Origin: an uncultured Actinomycetes bacterium | GTDB taxonomy: Bacteria; Chloroflexota; Dormibacteria; Dormibacterales; Dormibacteraceae | Direction: 5' to 3' | DNA: 64,000 nucleotides | NCBI GenBank assembly: GCA_964383855.1 | Contig: CAYLIP010000004.1 | Span: forward strand, 482-64,481 | In this document: positions 1 through 7,758 of the stretch, in pieces | Layout of the letters: each line of letters starts with the position of its first letter | Position numbering within the stretch: position 1 is the first letter of the stretch | Program-made: the position numbers and the translations under genes | Notes under the pieces: generated by a model | The model's input: the letters and a program-made list of their open reading frames with translations, nothing else | Databases searched by the model: none | What the model was told of the DNA's origin: nothing

Positions 1-2
1 AA

Positions 3-620
3 GTGCGCGAGGTGACGGATGACGAGTACCGGGAGGTCCTCGCCATCTGCGTCCGGGTGATGGCCGATTCAGGGATCCCCCACTGCTTCATCGGCGGCCT
101 CGCGTCGGCCATCTACGGCCGCCGGCGGTCGTCCCACGACCTCGATCTCTTCGTCAGGCCCGAGGACGCCGACCGCACTCTCAAGGCCCTGGCCGGGAAC
201 GGCTTCGAGGTCGAGCGATCCGACCCCGACTGGATCTTCAAGGCCGAGCGCGGCGGTCTCCTGGTCGACGTCATCTTCCGTTCCAGCGACGGCACTCTGC
301 TGGACCCCGAGCTCGAGAACCACATCCGGCTGGTCGACCACCTGGGCCTCCGGATCCCGGTGATTCCGCCAGAGGACCTCCTGATCACGAAGGTCTCGGC
401 CTTCCGCGAGGACACCCCGAGGCAGTGGTTCGACTGCCTCGCCGTCCTCGACCACCTGGAGCCGGACTGGGCCTACCTGGTCGAGCGCGCGCGGGGCAAG
501 CCCCATCGCGTGCTCTCCCTCCTGCTGTTTGCCGCCAGCAATGGCTGCCGCGTGCCCGGCGACGTCCTTAAGGAGCTGCTGGAAGCGGCGCTGCGGGTCG
601 ACCGGGAGCGCGCCGCTTGA
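3..620 (+). CDS. nucleotidyltransferase-fold protein (possibly 5'-truncated by the window edge)
   Basis: ORF starts with GTG at nt 3 and may extend upstream. GGLASAIYGRRRSSHDLDLFV fits the G-[GS]...D-x-D minimal nucleotidyltransferase core. Third codon positions are GC-rich. Confidence 0.6.
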   Translation: MREVTDDEYREVLAICVRVMADSGIPHCFIGGLASAIYGRRRSSHDLDLFVRPEDADRTLKALAGNGFEVERSDPDWIFKAERGGLLVDVIFRSSDGTLLDPELENHIRLVDHLGLRIPVIPPEDLLITKVSAFREDTPRQWFDCLAVLDHLEPDWAYLVERARGKPHRVLSLLLFAASNGCRVPGDVLKELLEAALRVDRERAA

Positions 621-1339
621 TCAGAGTCGCGGCCGTCGGGGACATTCATTACGGGGTGGGTGAGCGGGGAGTCCTCTCATCTCACCTGGAGGAGCTTCGC
701 AAGGAGGCCGACCTGCTCCTGATCGCGGGCGACCTGACCCGGCACGGCGAGCCCGAGGAGGCACAGGTGCTGGCCGGCGAACTGACAGAGCTGGAGATTC
801 CCACGATCGCCGTGCTGGGCAACCACGACTACCACCAGGACCGCCAGGGCGAAGTGACAGCGGTGCTCCGCGAGGCCGGCGTCTGCGTTCTGGAGGGCAC
901 CGCGCGCACGATCCAGCTCGATGGCATCCGGGTCGGGGTGGCGGGGGCCAAGGGCTTCGGCGGCGGTTTCGCCGGAGCCTGCGTGACCGAGTTCGGCGAG
1001 CCGGAGACCAAGGCCTTCGCGCACCACTCGGTCGTGGCCGCCGAGCAGATCAGCGCCGGGCTCGAGGAGGTGGCGGGCAGCGAGGTCGACATGCGGATCG
1101 CGCTCCTCCACTACTCGCCGATCGAGCAGACGCTGGTGGGCGAGCCGCTGCAGCTGTGGCCATTCCTCGGCAACTACCTCCTCGCAGAGGCCGTGGACCG
1201 GCTCGGCGCCGACCTCGTTCTCCACGGCCATGCCCACGCTGGATCCAGGGCAGGCGCCACGCCCAAGGGCATCCCGGTCTGGAACGTCGCCCAACCGGTG
1301 ATTCGCAGGCCGTACGAGCTGATCCAATTGGGGGCATGA
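617..1339 (+). CDS. calcineurin-like metallophosphoesterase
   Basis: TTG start overlaps the upstream stop (TTGA). Motifs GDIHYG, GDLTRHG, GNHDY and HGHAH are present. Confidence 0.85.
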   Translation: MIRVAAVGDIHYGVGERGVLSSHLEELRKEADLLLIAGDLTRHGEPEEAQVLAGELTELEIPTIAVLGNHDYHQDRQGEVTAVLREAGVCVLEGTARTIQLDGIRVGVAGAKGFGGGFAGACVTEFGEPETKAFAHHSVVAAEQISAGLEEVAGSEVDMRIALLHYSPIEQTLVGEPLQLWPFLGNYLLAEAVDRLGADLVLHGHAHAGSRAGATPKGIPVWNVAQPVIRRPYELIQLGA

Positions 1340-1965
1340 GAGCGGTTCGACTGGGAGGGGCTCTGGCCGGCTTGCTGCTGGCCGGCGCGGGGTGCTCGTC
1401 ACCCGATCTGCCGATCGTGGGGCCTCCCGCGCCGGAGGCGGTGGCGGTCCGCGCCGCCGACCTGCCGCAGGGCCTCAAGCAGTGCCCGGGATCGGGGGCG
1501 ATCGACGGCTATCTGAAGACGATCCGCGACCGTGACCCAGACTCCTACGGCCAGGTCTCCGACGCCTGGGCCGACTTCCGCCGCAACGGCGCCGACTCGG
1601 CCGCGATCACCTCGTTCACGCAGGATCCCTCGGCCTGCGTGGGCACGCTCGGAGCAGGCCAGGGCAGGAGCGCGGCCTCCTTCGTCATCCGCTACAAGGA
1701 CGCCGGTTCCGCGGCCGCCGCGTTCAAGAAGGGCATCATCGGGTTTCCCTCGCCCAGCGCGGACCAGCAGACGCCAGGCCTCACGGTGGGTACGGCGACC
1801 GGGCTGGGAGCCAATTCCTGGGTCTACGACCGCACCGTCGGCGGGCGCGCCGCGTACATAGCCTTCTGGCAGACAGGCCGCTACGACATCCTCGTCTTCA
1901 CCGCCGACCTGGACTCCAAGGCCTCGTCGCAGGCGGTCGATTCCGTCAACGGCCGGGCTCGCTAA
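1336..1965 (+). CDS. putative lipoprotein
   Basis: ATG at 1336 overlaps the upstream stop (ATGA). The N-terminus MRAVRLGGALAGLLLAGAGC is a signal peptide with a lipobox Cys. The track ORF from 1156 is an Arg/Pro-rich extension overlapping the previous gene. Confidence 0.7.
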   Translation: MRAVRLGGALAGLLLAGAGCSSPDLPIVGPPAPEAVAVRAADLPQGLKQCPGSGAIDGYLKTIRDRDPDSYGQVSDAWADFRRNGADSAAITSFTQDPSACVGTLGAGQGRSAASFVIRYKDAGSAAAAFKKGIIGFPSPSADQQTPGLTVGTATGLGANSWVYDRTVGGRAAYIAFWQTGRYDILVFTADLDSKASSQAVDSVNGRAR

Positions 1966-1999
1966 ACTTGGGGCTTCCGCGCCCTCCGCGCTTTCGTGC

Positions 2000-2075
2000 G
2001 CGCCTGTAGCTCACCGGATAGAGCGCATGCCTGCGGAGCATGAGGTAGCAGGTTCGATTCCTGCCAGGCGCACCA
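2000..2075 (+). tRNA. tRNA-Arg, anticodon GCG as read
   Basis: A 76-nt cloverleaf folded by hand. Acceptor stem GCGCCTG/CAGGCGC, D arm GCTC..GAGC with GG and A20, anticodon stem CATGC/GCATG with loop CTGCGGA, T arm GCAGG-TTCGATT-CCTGC, discriminator A, encoded CCA. Confidence 0.9.
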
Positions 2076-2088
2076 ACACACCGACTCG

Positions 2089-2805
2089 CTAGGCGGCGTA
2101 GTCGCTCGCGGGCTCGGTCCGCGCGGGCATTCTCGGGGTGTTGAATCCCTTCACGATCAGCCAGCTGGCGAAGGTCAGCTCCCAGAGGATGATCGGAATC
2201 ACGAGCACCTGGCCCGGCTCAAACCCACGCGTCGGATCGCCGACGCCCATCGCCAAACCGGCCGCGAGCATGCCGGCGGCCAGCAACCCCCAAACCGGGA
2301 GAAACCGGGGCACCAGGCGAGACGTGTAGAGCAGAACGTTCAGGATGGGGGTCGCTGCAAGATAGGCGAAGGTCGCCATGCGGCCGGCCCAGAACTGCTG
2401 CGCCAGCACCACGTCGGCCGATGCCCTGAGCGCGGCTTCGTCGGAGCCGCCGGCCGCCAGGTAGTGCTGGCTCAGCGGGATCAGCGACAGAAGCATTGCC
2501 GCGCTCGCCAGCAGGAGCACCCCCTCGACGGCCTTGAGGGCGGCGTAGCCGAGGGCCAGGCCTTCGCCATACCGCTTCAGGACCGGGAAGAGCAGCACCG
2601 CGTAGCCGATGAGCGCGACGTCGTTGACGTGGGTGATCAGCGTTCCCGCCACCACCCGCGTCGCGTGCGGATACATGCCGGCAAGGGCGTTCGTGCTGTT
2701 CGGGATGAACCCGGCGACCACGGCACCGACGAGGGTCACCAGGTTGCTGAGCCAGAAGAGCGCCCCCACCGCCACCGCCGTCCACCTCAAATCGCGAGTT
2801 CCCAT
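2089..2805 (-). CDS. multi-pass membrane protein (DUF4386-like by recall)
   Basis: The hydrophobic helices start at MGTRDLRWTAVAVGALFW (ATG at 2805). The 222 residues upstream in the track ORF are antisense to the TetR gene. Confidence 0.7.
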   Translation of the reverse strand: MGTRDLRWTAVAVGALFWLSNLVTLVGAVVAGFIPNSTNALAGMYPHATRVVAGTLITHVNDVALIGYAVLLFPVLKRYGEGLALGYAALKAVEGVLLLASAAMLLSLIPLSQHYLAAGGSDEAALRASADVVLAQQFWAGRMATFAYLAATPILNVLLYTSRLVPRFLPVWGLLAAGMLAAGLAMGVGDPTRGFEPGQVLVIPIILWELTFASWLIVKGFNTPRMPARTEPASDYAA

Positions 2806-2830
2806 GTCTTTCCCCCTCCAGTGACGCTGT

Positions 2831-2864
2831 TCGTACGTCGTACGATAACTCGTACACCGTACGA
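2831..2864. promoter_or_regulatory. two 15-bp palindromic operator candidates (TCGTAC-N3-GTACGA) in a divergent promoter region
   Basis: TCGTACgtcGTACGA at 2831..2845 and TCGTACaccGTACGA at 2850..2864, separated by taac. They lie between the membrane protein gene (-) and the TetR gene (+). Confidence 0.5.
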
Positions 2865-2877
2865 TGGTCAAGTCGAC

Positions 2878-3543
2878 ATGACGGCCATGGACCGGCTGAG
2901 CAGAAGCCTGGTGCTGAAAGCGGCGGTCGCTCTGGCGGACCGCGAAGGCATCGAGGCCGTCACCATGCGGAGGCTTGCGGCGGAGCTCGGCGCGGGCGCG
3001 ATGTCCCTCTATCACCATGTGCCCGGTAAGGGCGCGCTCCTCGACGGCATGGTCGATCTCGTCTTCGCCGAGATCGAGCCGCCCTCCCCAGGCGGCGACT
3101 GGAAGCTTGAGCTGCGCAAACGGGCGATCTCGACTCGCGAAGCCCTCCGTCGCCATCCCTGGGCGGTCGGCCGGATGGAATCGACGAGCAATCCCGGACC
3201 CAACGACCTGAAGCTGCACGAGGCCGTGCTCCGCTGCCTGAGGGAAGCCGGCTTCTCCGTTGAGATGGCGGTGCAGGCGTACTCGGTCCAGGACGCCTAC
3301 ATCTACGGCTACGCGCTGCAGGAACGCGGGATGGCCTACGCGACCCAGGACGAGTTCGCGGAAACGGCCGCGAAGCGAGCGGAGGAGGTCGGGGAGGCGA
3401 TGGAGGACATCGCCCGCGCCTATCCCTACCTGGCCGAGGTCGTCGCGGGCCACGTGGCGCAGCACGGCCACAGCCTTTCTGAGGCGTACGAGTTCGGCCT
3501 CGACGTCATTCTGTCCGGCCTCGATCGTCTCCGGACCCCGTGA
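2878..3543 (+). CDS. TetR/AcrR-family transcriptional regulator
   Basis: ATG at 2878. The N-terminal HTH is LKAAVALADREGIEAVTMRRLAAELGAGAMSLYHHVPGKGALL, followed by a tetracycline-repressor-like C-terminal region. Confidence 0.9.
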   Translation: MTAMDRLSRSLVLKAAVALADREGIEAVTMRRLAAELGAGAMSLYHHVPGKGALLDGMVDLVFAEIEPPSPGGDWKLELRKRAISTREALRRHPWAVGRMESTSNPGPNDLKLHEAVLRCLREAGFSVEMAVQAYSVQDAYIYGYALQERGMAYATQDEFAETAAKRAEEVGEAMEDIARAYPYLAEVVAGHVAQHGHSLSEAYEFGLDVILSGLDRLRTP

Positions 3544-3661
3544 ACGCCGTCGCCCTCACCGCCCCACCCTGGAGCCTGGCGCTCAAGGACGATGGCTCAA
3601 CCTGCGCCAGACCCCTCCATCGATTCGGAGATGACCCGGCGCCGATCCTGGGTGTGCTCGG

Positions 3662-4408
3662 TCAGCTGGTGAAGAGGTGAGTCAGCCCGGGGGATGCCGC
3701 GAGGACCACCGCAGCCGCGAGAGCCGCGACCGCGATCACGCGCGTTACGAGCTCCCCCCGCGGCAGCAGCTTTTCGGCCGCGATCGCCACCGTGAGCACC
3801 AGCATCACGACCAGGTTCATGACGCCTGCCGCGACCAGCAGCACCATCAATGGCCAGCAGCAGCCGGCACAGTACAACCCGTGACGAATGCCCACCTTCG
3901 CGTCGCGCAGCGGGCCCCTGAAGCTGGCATACCGGAGCAGCTGTGAGAGGGGCGATCGGCAGTGCGACAGACAGAGCCGCTTGAGCGGCGTGAGCTGGTA
4001 GACCGCGAGCCCCAGCAGGACGGCAATCAGCATGAACTGGATCAGGGCGGGGTCGAGCATCAACATTGAATCGACGGCCAGGGCGAGGAAGAAGGCAGGG
4101 ACGCCGAGCAGCGTCCAGACGAGCAGGTAGCCGAGCGAGAACTGAGCCAACCGCTCGGGTCGCTGCTCGCCCATGGCCCGGGCGTAAAGCCAGGCCACCG
4201 GGGCGACAGACGGCAGCATCATGGCGGCCATCATCAGCGCCCAGGCGCCGATGAATTCCACCGGTGCCATCCCCATCGTGGCCCCCATGCCCATGCTTGC
4301 GCTCCGGCTGAGAAGGACGACGCCCACCCAGGCGCAGGCGCCGATCATCGTCGCGAACAGCACGTGGCGGTAGGACGGCGCCTTCGCCGGGTGCAGCGAT
4401 TGCGCCAT
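3662..4408 (-). CDS. integral membrane protein, DUF2182-like (predicted metal-binding)
   Basis: Met-rich hydrophobic protein (MGMGATMGMAPVEF..MMAAMMLPS) with a C-terminal CAGCCWP. Its start overlaps the stop of the upstream DUF1326-like gene (TAATG). Confidence 0.75.
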   Translation of the reverse strand: MAQSLHPAKAPSYRHVLFATMIGACAWVGVVLLSRSASMGMGATMGMAPVEFIGAWALMMAAMMLPSVAPVAWLYARAMGEQRPERLAQFSLGYLLVWTLLGVPAFFLALAVDSMLMLDPALIQFMLIAVLLGLAVYQLTPLKRLCLSHCRSPLSQLLRYASFRGPLRDAKVGIRHGLYCAGCCWPLMVLLVAAGVMNLVVMLVLTVAIAAEKLLPRGELVTRVIAVAALAAAVVLAASPGLTHLFTS

Positions 4409-5010
4409 TAATCGCTCCAGGTGAAGGGCGACGAAAAGGCAGACCCATCCTCATTGTGGAAGGTCATGCCAAAGGCTTCGATCCGGGAGCTGACGGGCTT
4501 GTCCACGGTCAGCGTGGAGCTGGAGGGATGGAAGACACCGTCCAGCCGGGTGGGGCGACCGACCCCTTCGGGGATGAAGTCCTCGACCGCGACCTCGATG
4601 CCGGAGCCGATCCGGACCGAGTGCCGACCGCCCTCTGACGCGTAATCGATAGGGGCACGCTCGATGCCGAGAACCTTCCCGACGAGCGGTGCCAGCGCTG
4701 ACATGGGTCCTCCCTTCTGGCCGGAGAAGACGCCTGCGAGCGCGTCCGCCTGCTGGCCTGAGGCTCGTTCATCGATGATCAAGCCCAGGTTCCAGTTGCC
4801 GTCCGTCATCTGCTGCGGGGTGTCGGCGACCACTGCGACCGTGAGTCCCGACACGTCGGATCCCTCGATCTCGCCGCTGTCGACGTGGTAGACCAGGACC
4901 ACCTGGCACCGCTCCTGCGTGGCCGGCATGGTCAGGCTGGTGACCGAACAGGGGCAGACCCAGCGGCAGTTGCAGTTCTCGAAGTACGTTCCCTTCAGGT
5001 TCCAGCTCAT
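4408..5010 (-). CDS. DUF1326-like protein
   Basis: The N-terminal signature MSWNLKGTYFENCNCRWVCPC is characteristic of DUF1326 by recall. Translationally coupled to the DUF2182-like gene. Confidence 0.8.
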   Translation of the reverse strand: MSWNLKGTYFENCNCRWVCPCSVTSLTMPATQERCQVVLVYHVDSGEIEGSDVSGLTVAVVADTPQQMTDGNWNLGLIIDERASGQQADALAGVFSGQKGGPMSALAPLVGKVLGIERAPIDYASEGGRHSVRIGSGIEVAVEDFIPEGVGRPTRLDGVFHPSSSTLTVDKPVSSRIEAFGMTFHNEDGSAFSSPFTWSD

Positions 5011-5244
5011 CGGTCGAACCCCCTATTGGCGAATGGAAACGGACCGCTCGGTCGTCAGTTCGGGGAACATAACACGACAGGATCGCCAGTTCGAAGCCGC
5101 TGCCAGGTCTCATCGCATCATCGGCGCGGGCGGACGCATGTCCGGCGTCGCGCTTCGTGGGCTCCCGGTTCCTCGCCATGCATGGACCGCAGACCGCGGG
5201 CTTCTACGGTGCTGGAGGGGCGAGCGTGAGGCGCGTGCTTTCTT

Positions 5245-5826
5245 CTAGGGAGCACCGGGCGGGTCGGGGCCGTCGCCGAGCAGGCGCTCCAGCTCCAGCA
5301 GCGCCTGGTCGACCCGCGCGGGATCCTGTGCGGTGGCCGGGAACATCAGCAACCCGCGCAGCACGGCCTGGATCAAGGAGGCCCTCGCCGGCGCGCTCTC
5401 GTCCCCGCCCAGCAGCCGCACAAGCCAGCCGTGCCAGGCGGCATCGCTGCCCTGCAGCATTTCGGCGATCGCCGGATCCCGCACCGACCGCATCGCCAGC
5501 TCACCCATCACAGCCGCCAGCTCCGGTTCTTCGCGGAGCAGCCGGCGCAGACCCCTGAAGTGCGACCGCACCTGCTCCTCGCGGGAACCGGCGCTGCCGA
5601 GCGTGCTGGCGAAGCGGCTCACGGCGTGCGCCATCACCGCCCGGATCAACGCCTCCTTGGTCGGGAAGTAGTAGTGGAGCGTCGCGACGTTGACGCCGGC
5701 GTCCCCGGCCACGTCCCGGGTGCGGAGCCCCTCGAAGCCGGACACCGCCAGCCGCCGGTAGGCGGCCGCGACCAGGTCCGATCTCCGGCTTCGGGCGTCC
5801 TCCGGCCGCGGGTCGCTCACTTCCAT
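5245..5826 (-). CDS. TetR-family transcriptional regulator
   Basis: HTH FEGLRTRDVAGDAGVNVATLHYYFPTKEALI. ATG at 5826; the track start at 5829 is a TTG one codon upstream. Confidence 0.85.
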   Translation of the reverse strand: MEVSDPRPEDARSRRSDLVAAAYRRLAVSGFEGLRTRDVAGDAGVNVATLHYYFPTKEALIRAVMAHAVSRFASTLGSAGSREEQVRSHFRGLRRLLREEPELAAVMGELAMRSVRDPAIAEMLQGSDAAWHGWLVRLLGGDESAPARASLIQAVLRGLLMFPATAQDPARVDQALLELERLLGDGPDPPGAP

Positions 5827-5850
5827 CAATCAGTTGATTACAATGAGCAT

Positions 5851-6252
5851 ATGGCAACGCGAGCTTCCGCCCCTCGGCACCGGCTTCAGGCCCGCATCGC
5901 GCGGCGCGTCAACCCGAGCGTCGTCCGGCTGGCGCCATACATTCCGTTCTACTGCGTGCTCGATCACCGCGGGCGGTCCTCCGGCCGCAGCTTCCGGACG
6001 CCGCTGGCGGCGGTCCGGCTTGCGGATGGATTCCTGCTGCCGCTCGCCTTTGGCGAAGGCGCGAACTGGGTCCAGAACCTCACCCACGCCGGTTTCGCGG
6101 AACTCGAGTGGCGCGGACAGCGCTTCAAAGTGTCGAAGCCACGGCTGCTGGCCTGGGAAGAAGCGGCACTCTCATTGAACCCGGTCCAGCGTATCTTCGC
6201 GCCCGTCTTCGGGGCGCGCACCTTTCTCCGGGTCGAAGCCGGGACGGCCTGA
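5851..6252 (+). CDS. deazaflavin (F420H2)-dependent nitroreductase-family protein (DUF385-like)
   Basis: ATG at 5851. NPSVVRLAPYIPFYCVLDHRGRSSGRSFRTPL..GEGANWVQNL resembles the small split-barrel F420-dependent family. Divergent from the TetR gene. Confidence 0.7.
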   Translation: MATRASAPRHRLQARIARRVNPSVVRLAPYIPFYCVLDHRGRSSGRSFRTPLAAVRLADGFLLPLAFGEGANWVQNLTHAGFAELEWRGQRFKVSKPRLLAWEEAALSLNPVQRIFAPVFGARTFLRVEAGTA

Positions 6253-6314
6253 TTCGGGTCGGCGCGTCCAAAGCCTGGAGTGTTGTGCGCACTCCAAGCT
6301 CCGGCTGGCCGGCC

Positions 6315-6479
6315 TCAGCCTCCGTGATCGTGAGGCTGTTTCACTGTCTGACCGACAGCGACGTACAGGCAGCCGTAGCAGACGGCGGTTTCGCAGCCTG
6401 GCTCTTCGCAGCACTCGCAGATTTCGATCGAGCGGTTGCAATGGGAGCATGAGACCGGAACGTTCGGCGTAGTCATCAT
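6315..6479 (-). CDS. 54-aa Cys-rich mini-protein (zinc-ribbon-like), absent from the ORF track
   Basis: Hand translation gives MMTTPNVPVSCSHCNRSIEICECCEEPGCETAVCYGCLYVAVGQTVKQPHDHGG. It has 8 Cys (CxxC..CxCC..C..CxxC). The ATGATGA overlap with the stop of the upstream rhodanese-CBS gene implies translational coupling. Confidence 0.5.
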   Translation of the reverse strand: MMTTPNVPVSCSHCNRSIEICECCEEPGCETAVCYGCLYVAVGQTVKQPHDHGG

Positions 6480-7165
6480 GTCGCCGCCTTCTGTGCGGCC
6501 ACCGCGTCCTCCTGTCGCAGCAGGCCGACGAGCCGTCCATCGGACGTGGTTATCGGGGAGCTGGTGAGCTGGTGCTCAGCCATGAACTGCGCCATCTCTT
6601 TGGCGGAGGCGAAGGGCCTGAAGGTGCTGGGTCCAGGGCGCATCGCCTGCTCGATCAGCTGATCCGGGTCCTTCTCGAGTTCCCTGGCCCGCAGCAGGCC
6701 GAGCACGACCCGCTCGTCGTTGACGACCACGACGGCGTCCCAACGCTGGCCTTTCACCCGGTCGCGCACATCGCCAAGCCGCTCTTTCAGACCGCAGGTC
6801 GGCGCATCCTTTCGCGCGAGGTCACCGGCTCGGGGAAGCTGCGCATTCGTCCCCTCGGTGCGCAGCCCGGCGCCCATCCAATCCACCTTGCCGTCGACGT
6901 AGTCGTAGACCCCTTCGAATCCCAAACTTTCGAGCCGCCACGCGGCTCGCGGAGACATGTCTCAAACGGCATCCCAGCAGTAGACGACGGCCGGCCGGCC
7001 GGGATCCAGCAACCGCGCCGCCTCGGACTCGATGTGGCGAAGCGGGATGTTGATCGCGCCTGGCAGATGGTCCTCCTCGTACTCATCCTTAGGAAGCACC
7101 TCGACCAGCTGAGCGCCGCCTTCGAGCAGCCGTTGAAGCTCTTCGCGATGGATTGACCTCGGCAC
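6476..7165 (-). CDS. rhodanese-domain / CBS-pair fusion protein with in-frame UGA (6962..6964); predicted selenoprotein, or a disrupted gene
   Basis: Track ORFs 6962..7165 and 6476..6958 are in the same frame, separated only by TGA-GAC. The joined reading VVYCWDAV-U-DMSPRAAWRLESLGFEGVYDYVDGKVDW restores a complete rhodanese fold. GTG start at 7165 with an AGGAGGA RBS. Confidence 0.6.
6931..6949 (-). promoter_or_regulatory. SECIS-like hairpin downstream of UGA
   Basis: On the minus strand: UGA, then 12 nt, then CGAGCCGC-GUG-GCGGCUCG (8-bp stem). Confidence 0.4.
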
Positions 7166-7412
7166 GTCTCAGTCCTCCTCTCTGCCAGAACGTCATGACT
7201 TTCAGCTTTTGCCATGGTGGCACCCCCTCCGGGGGTCATGGCGTCGATCTTGAAACCATGCCCACGCTACGCGACGGCGCAGGAACGCTCTGTCACGGCC
7301 ATCACGACCTCCCTCCGCCGGCCATGGGTTTGGACCGGTGCGTTTCAGACCGTGGCCGGCCGGACATCATCTAAGGGTGATCCCGGGTCACAGCCGCGGA
7401 TCGACACGCTCC

Positions 7413-7703
7413 ATGAACCTGCGGCACATGTCCAAATCTGAACTGCCGGAAGAAACGATCGTCGTCTACGCGACGTCCTGGTGTGGCGACTGCCGCCTCG
7501 CCAAGGCCGTGCTCGACGAGCAGCGGGCGCCCTACACCTTGATCGACATCGATCGGGAGCCGTCCGCAGTCGAGACGGTGCTGAAGCTCAACGGCGGCTA
7601 TCGAACCGTGCCAACGATAATCTTCCCCGACGGCAGGATCCTGGTCGAGCCGTCGCGCCGTGAACTCGAGGAAGCTCTGAAGGATTCCGCTTCGGCGGCC
7701 TGA
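7413..7703 (+). CDS. glutaredoxin/mycoredoxin-like thiol-disulfide oxidoreductase
   Basis: IVVYATSWCGDCRLAKAVL (CxxC) followed by TVPTIIFPDG, the thioredoxin-fold cis-Pro region. Start is ATG 7413 or 7428; the track start at 7338 is unlikely. Confidence 0.8.
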   Translation: MNLRHMSKSELPEETIVVYATSWCGDCRLAKAVLDEQRAPYTLIDIDREPSAVETVLKLNGGYRTVPTIIFPDGRILVEPSRRELEEALKDSASAA

Positions 7704-7758
7704 CGTCTGGCGGGTGAGTGGCCGAGGCCGATCGCTTCGGGCAACCGGAGGTGAAGAC

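Noticed and set aside
5828-5839. The short palindrome AATCA-GT-TGATT between the second TetR gene and the F420-type nitroreductase gene, considered as an operator.
   Set aside because: It is only 5-bp arms in a 24-nt intergenic gap, which is too short to distinguish from chance by eye. It is plausible but is not reported as a feature.
6476-7165. Treating 6962..7165 and 6476..6958 (and likewise 7714..8016 and 8038..8598) as independent small genes, as the track lists them.
   Set aside because: In both cases the break falls inside a single protein domain. The pieces share one frame and are separated only by a TGA plus a few in-frame sense codons (one codon for the first pair, seven for the second). 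The TGA aligns with a conserved redox Cys. Pseudogenisation remains the alternative to Sec and is stated in the findings.
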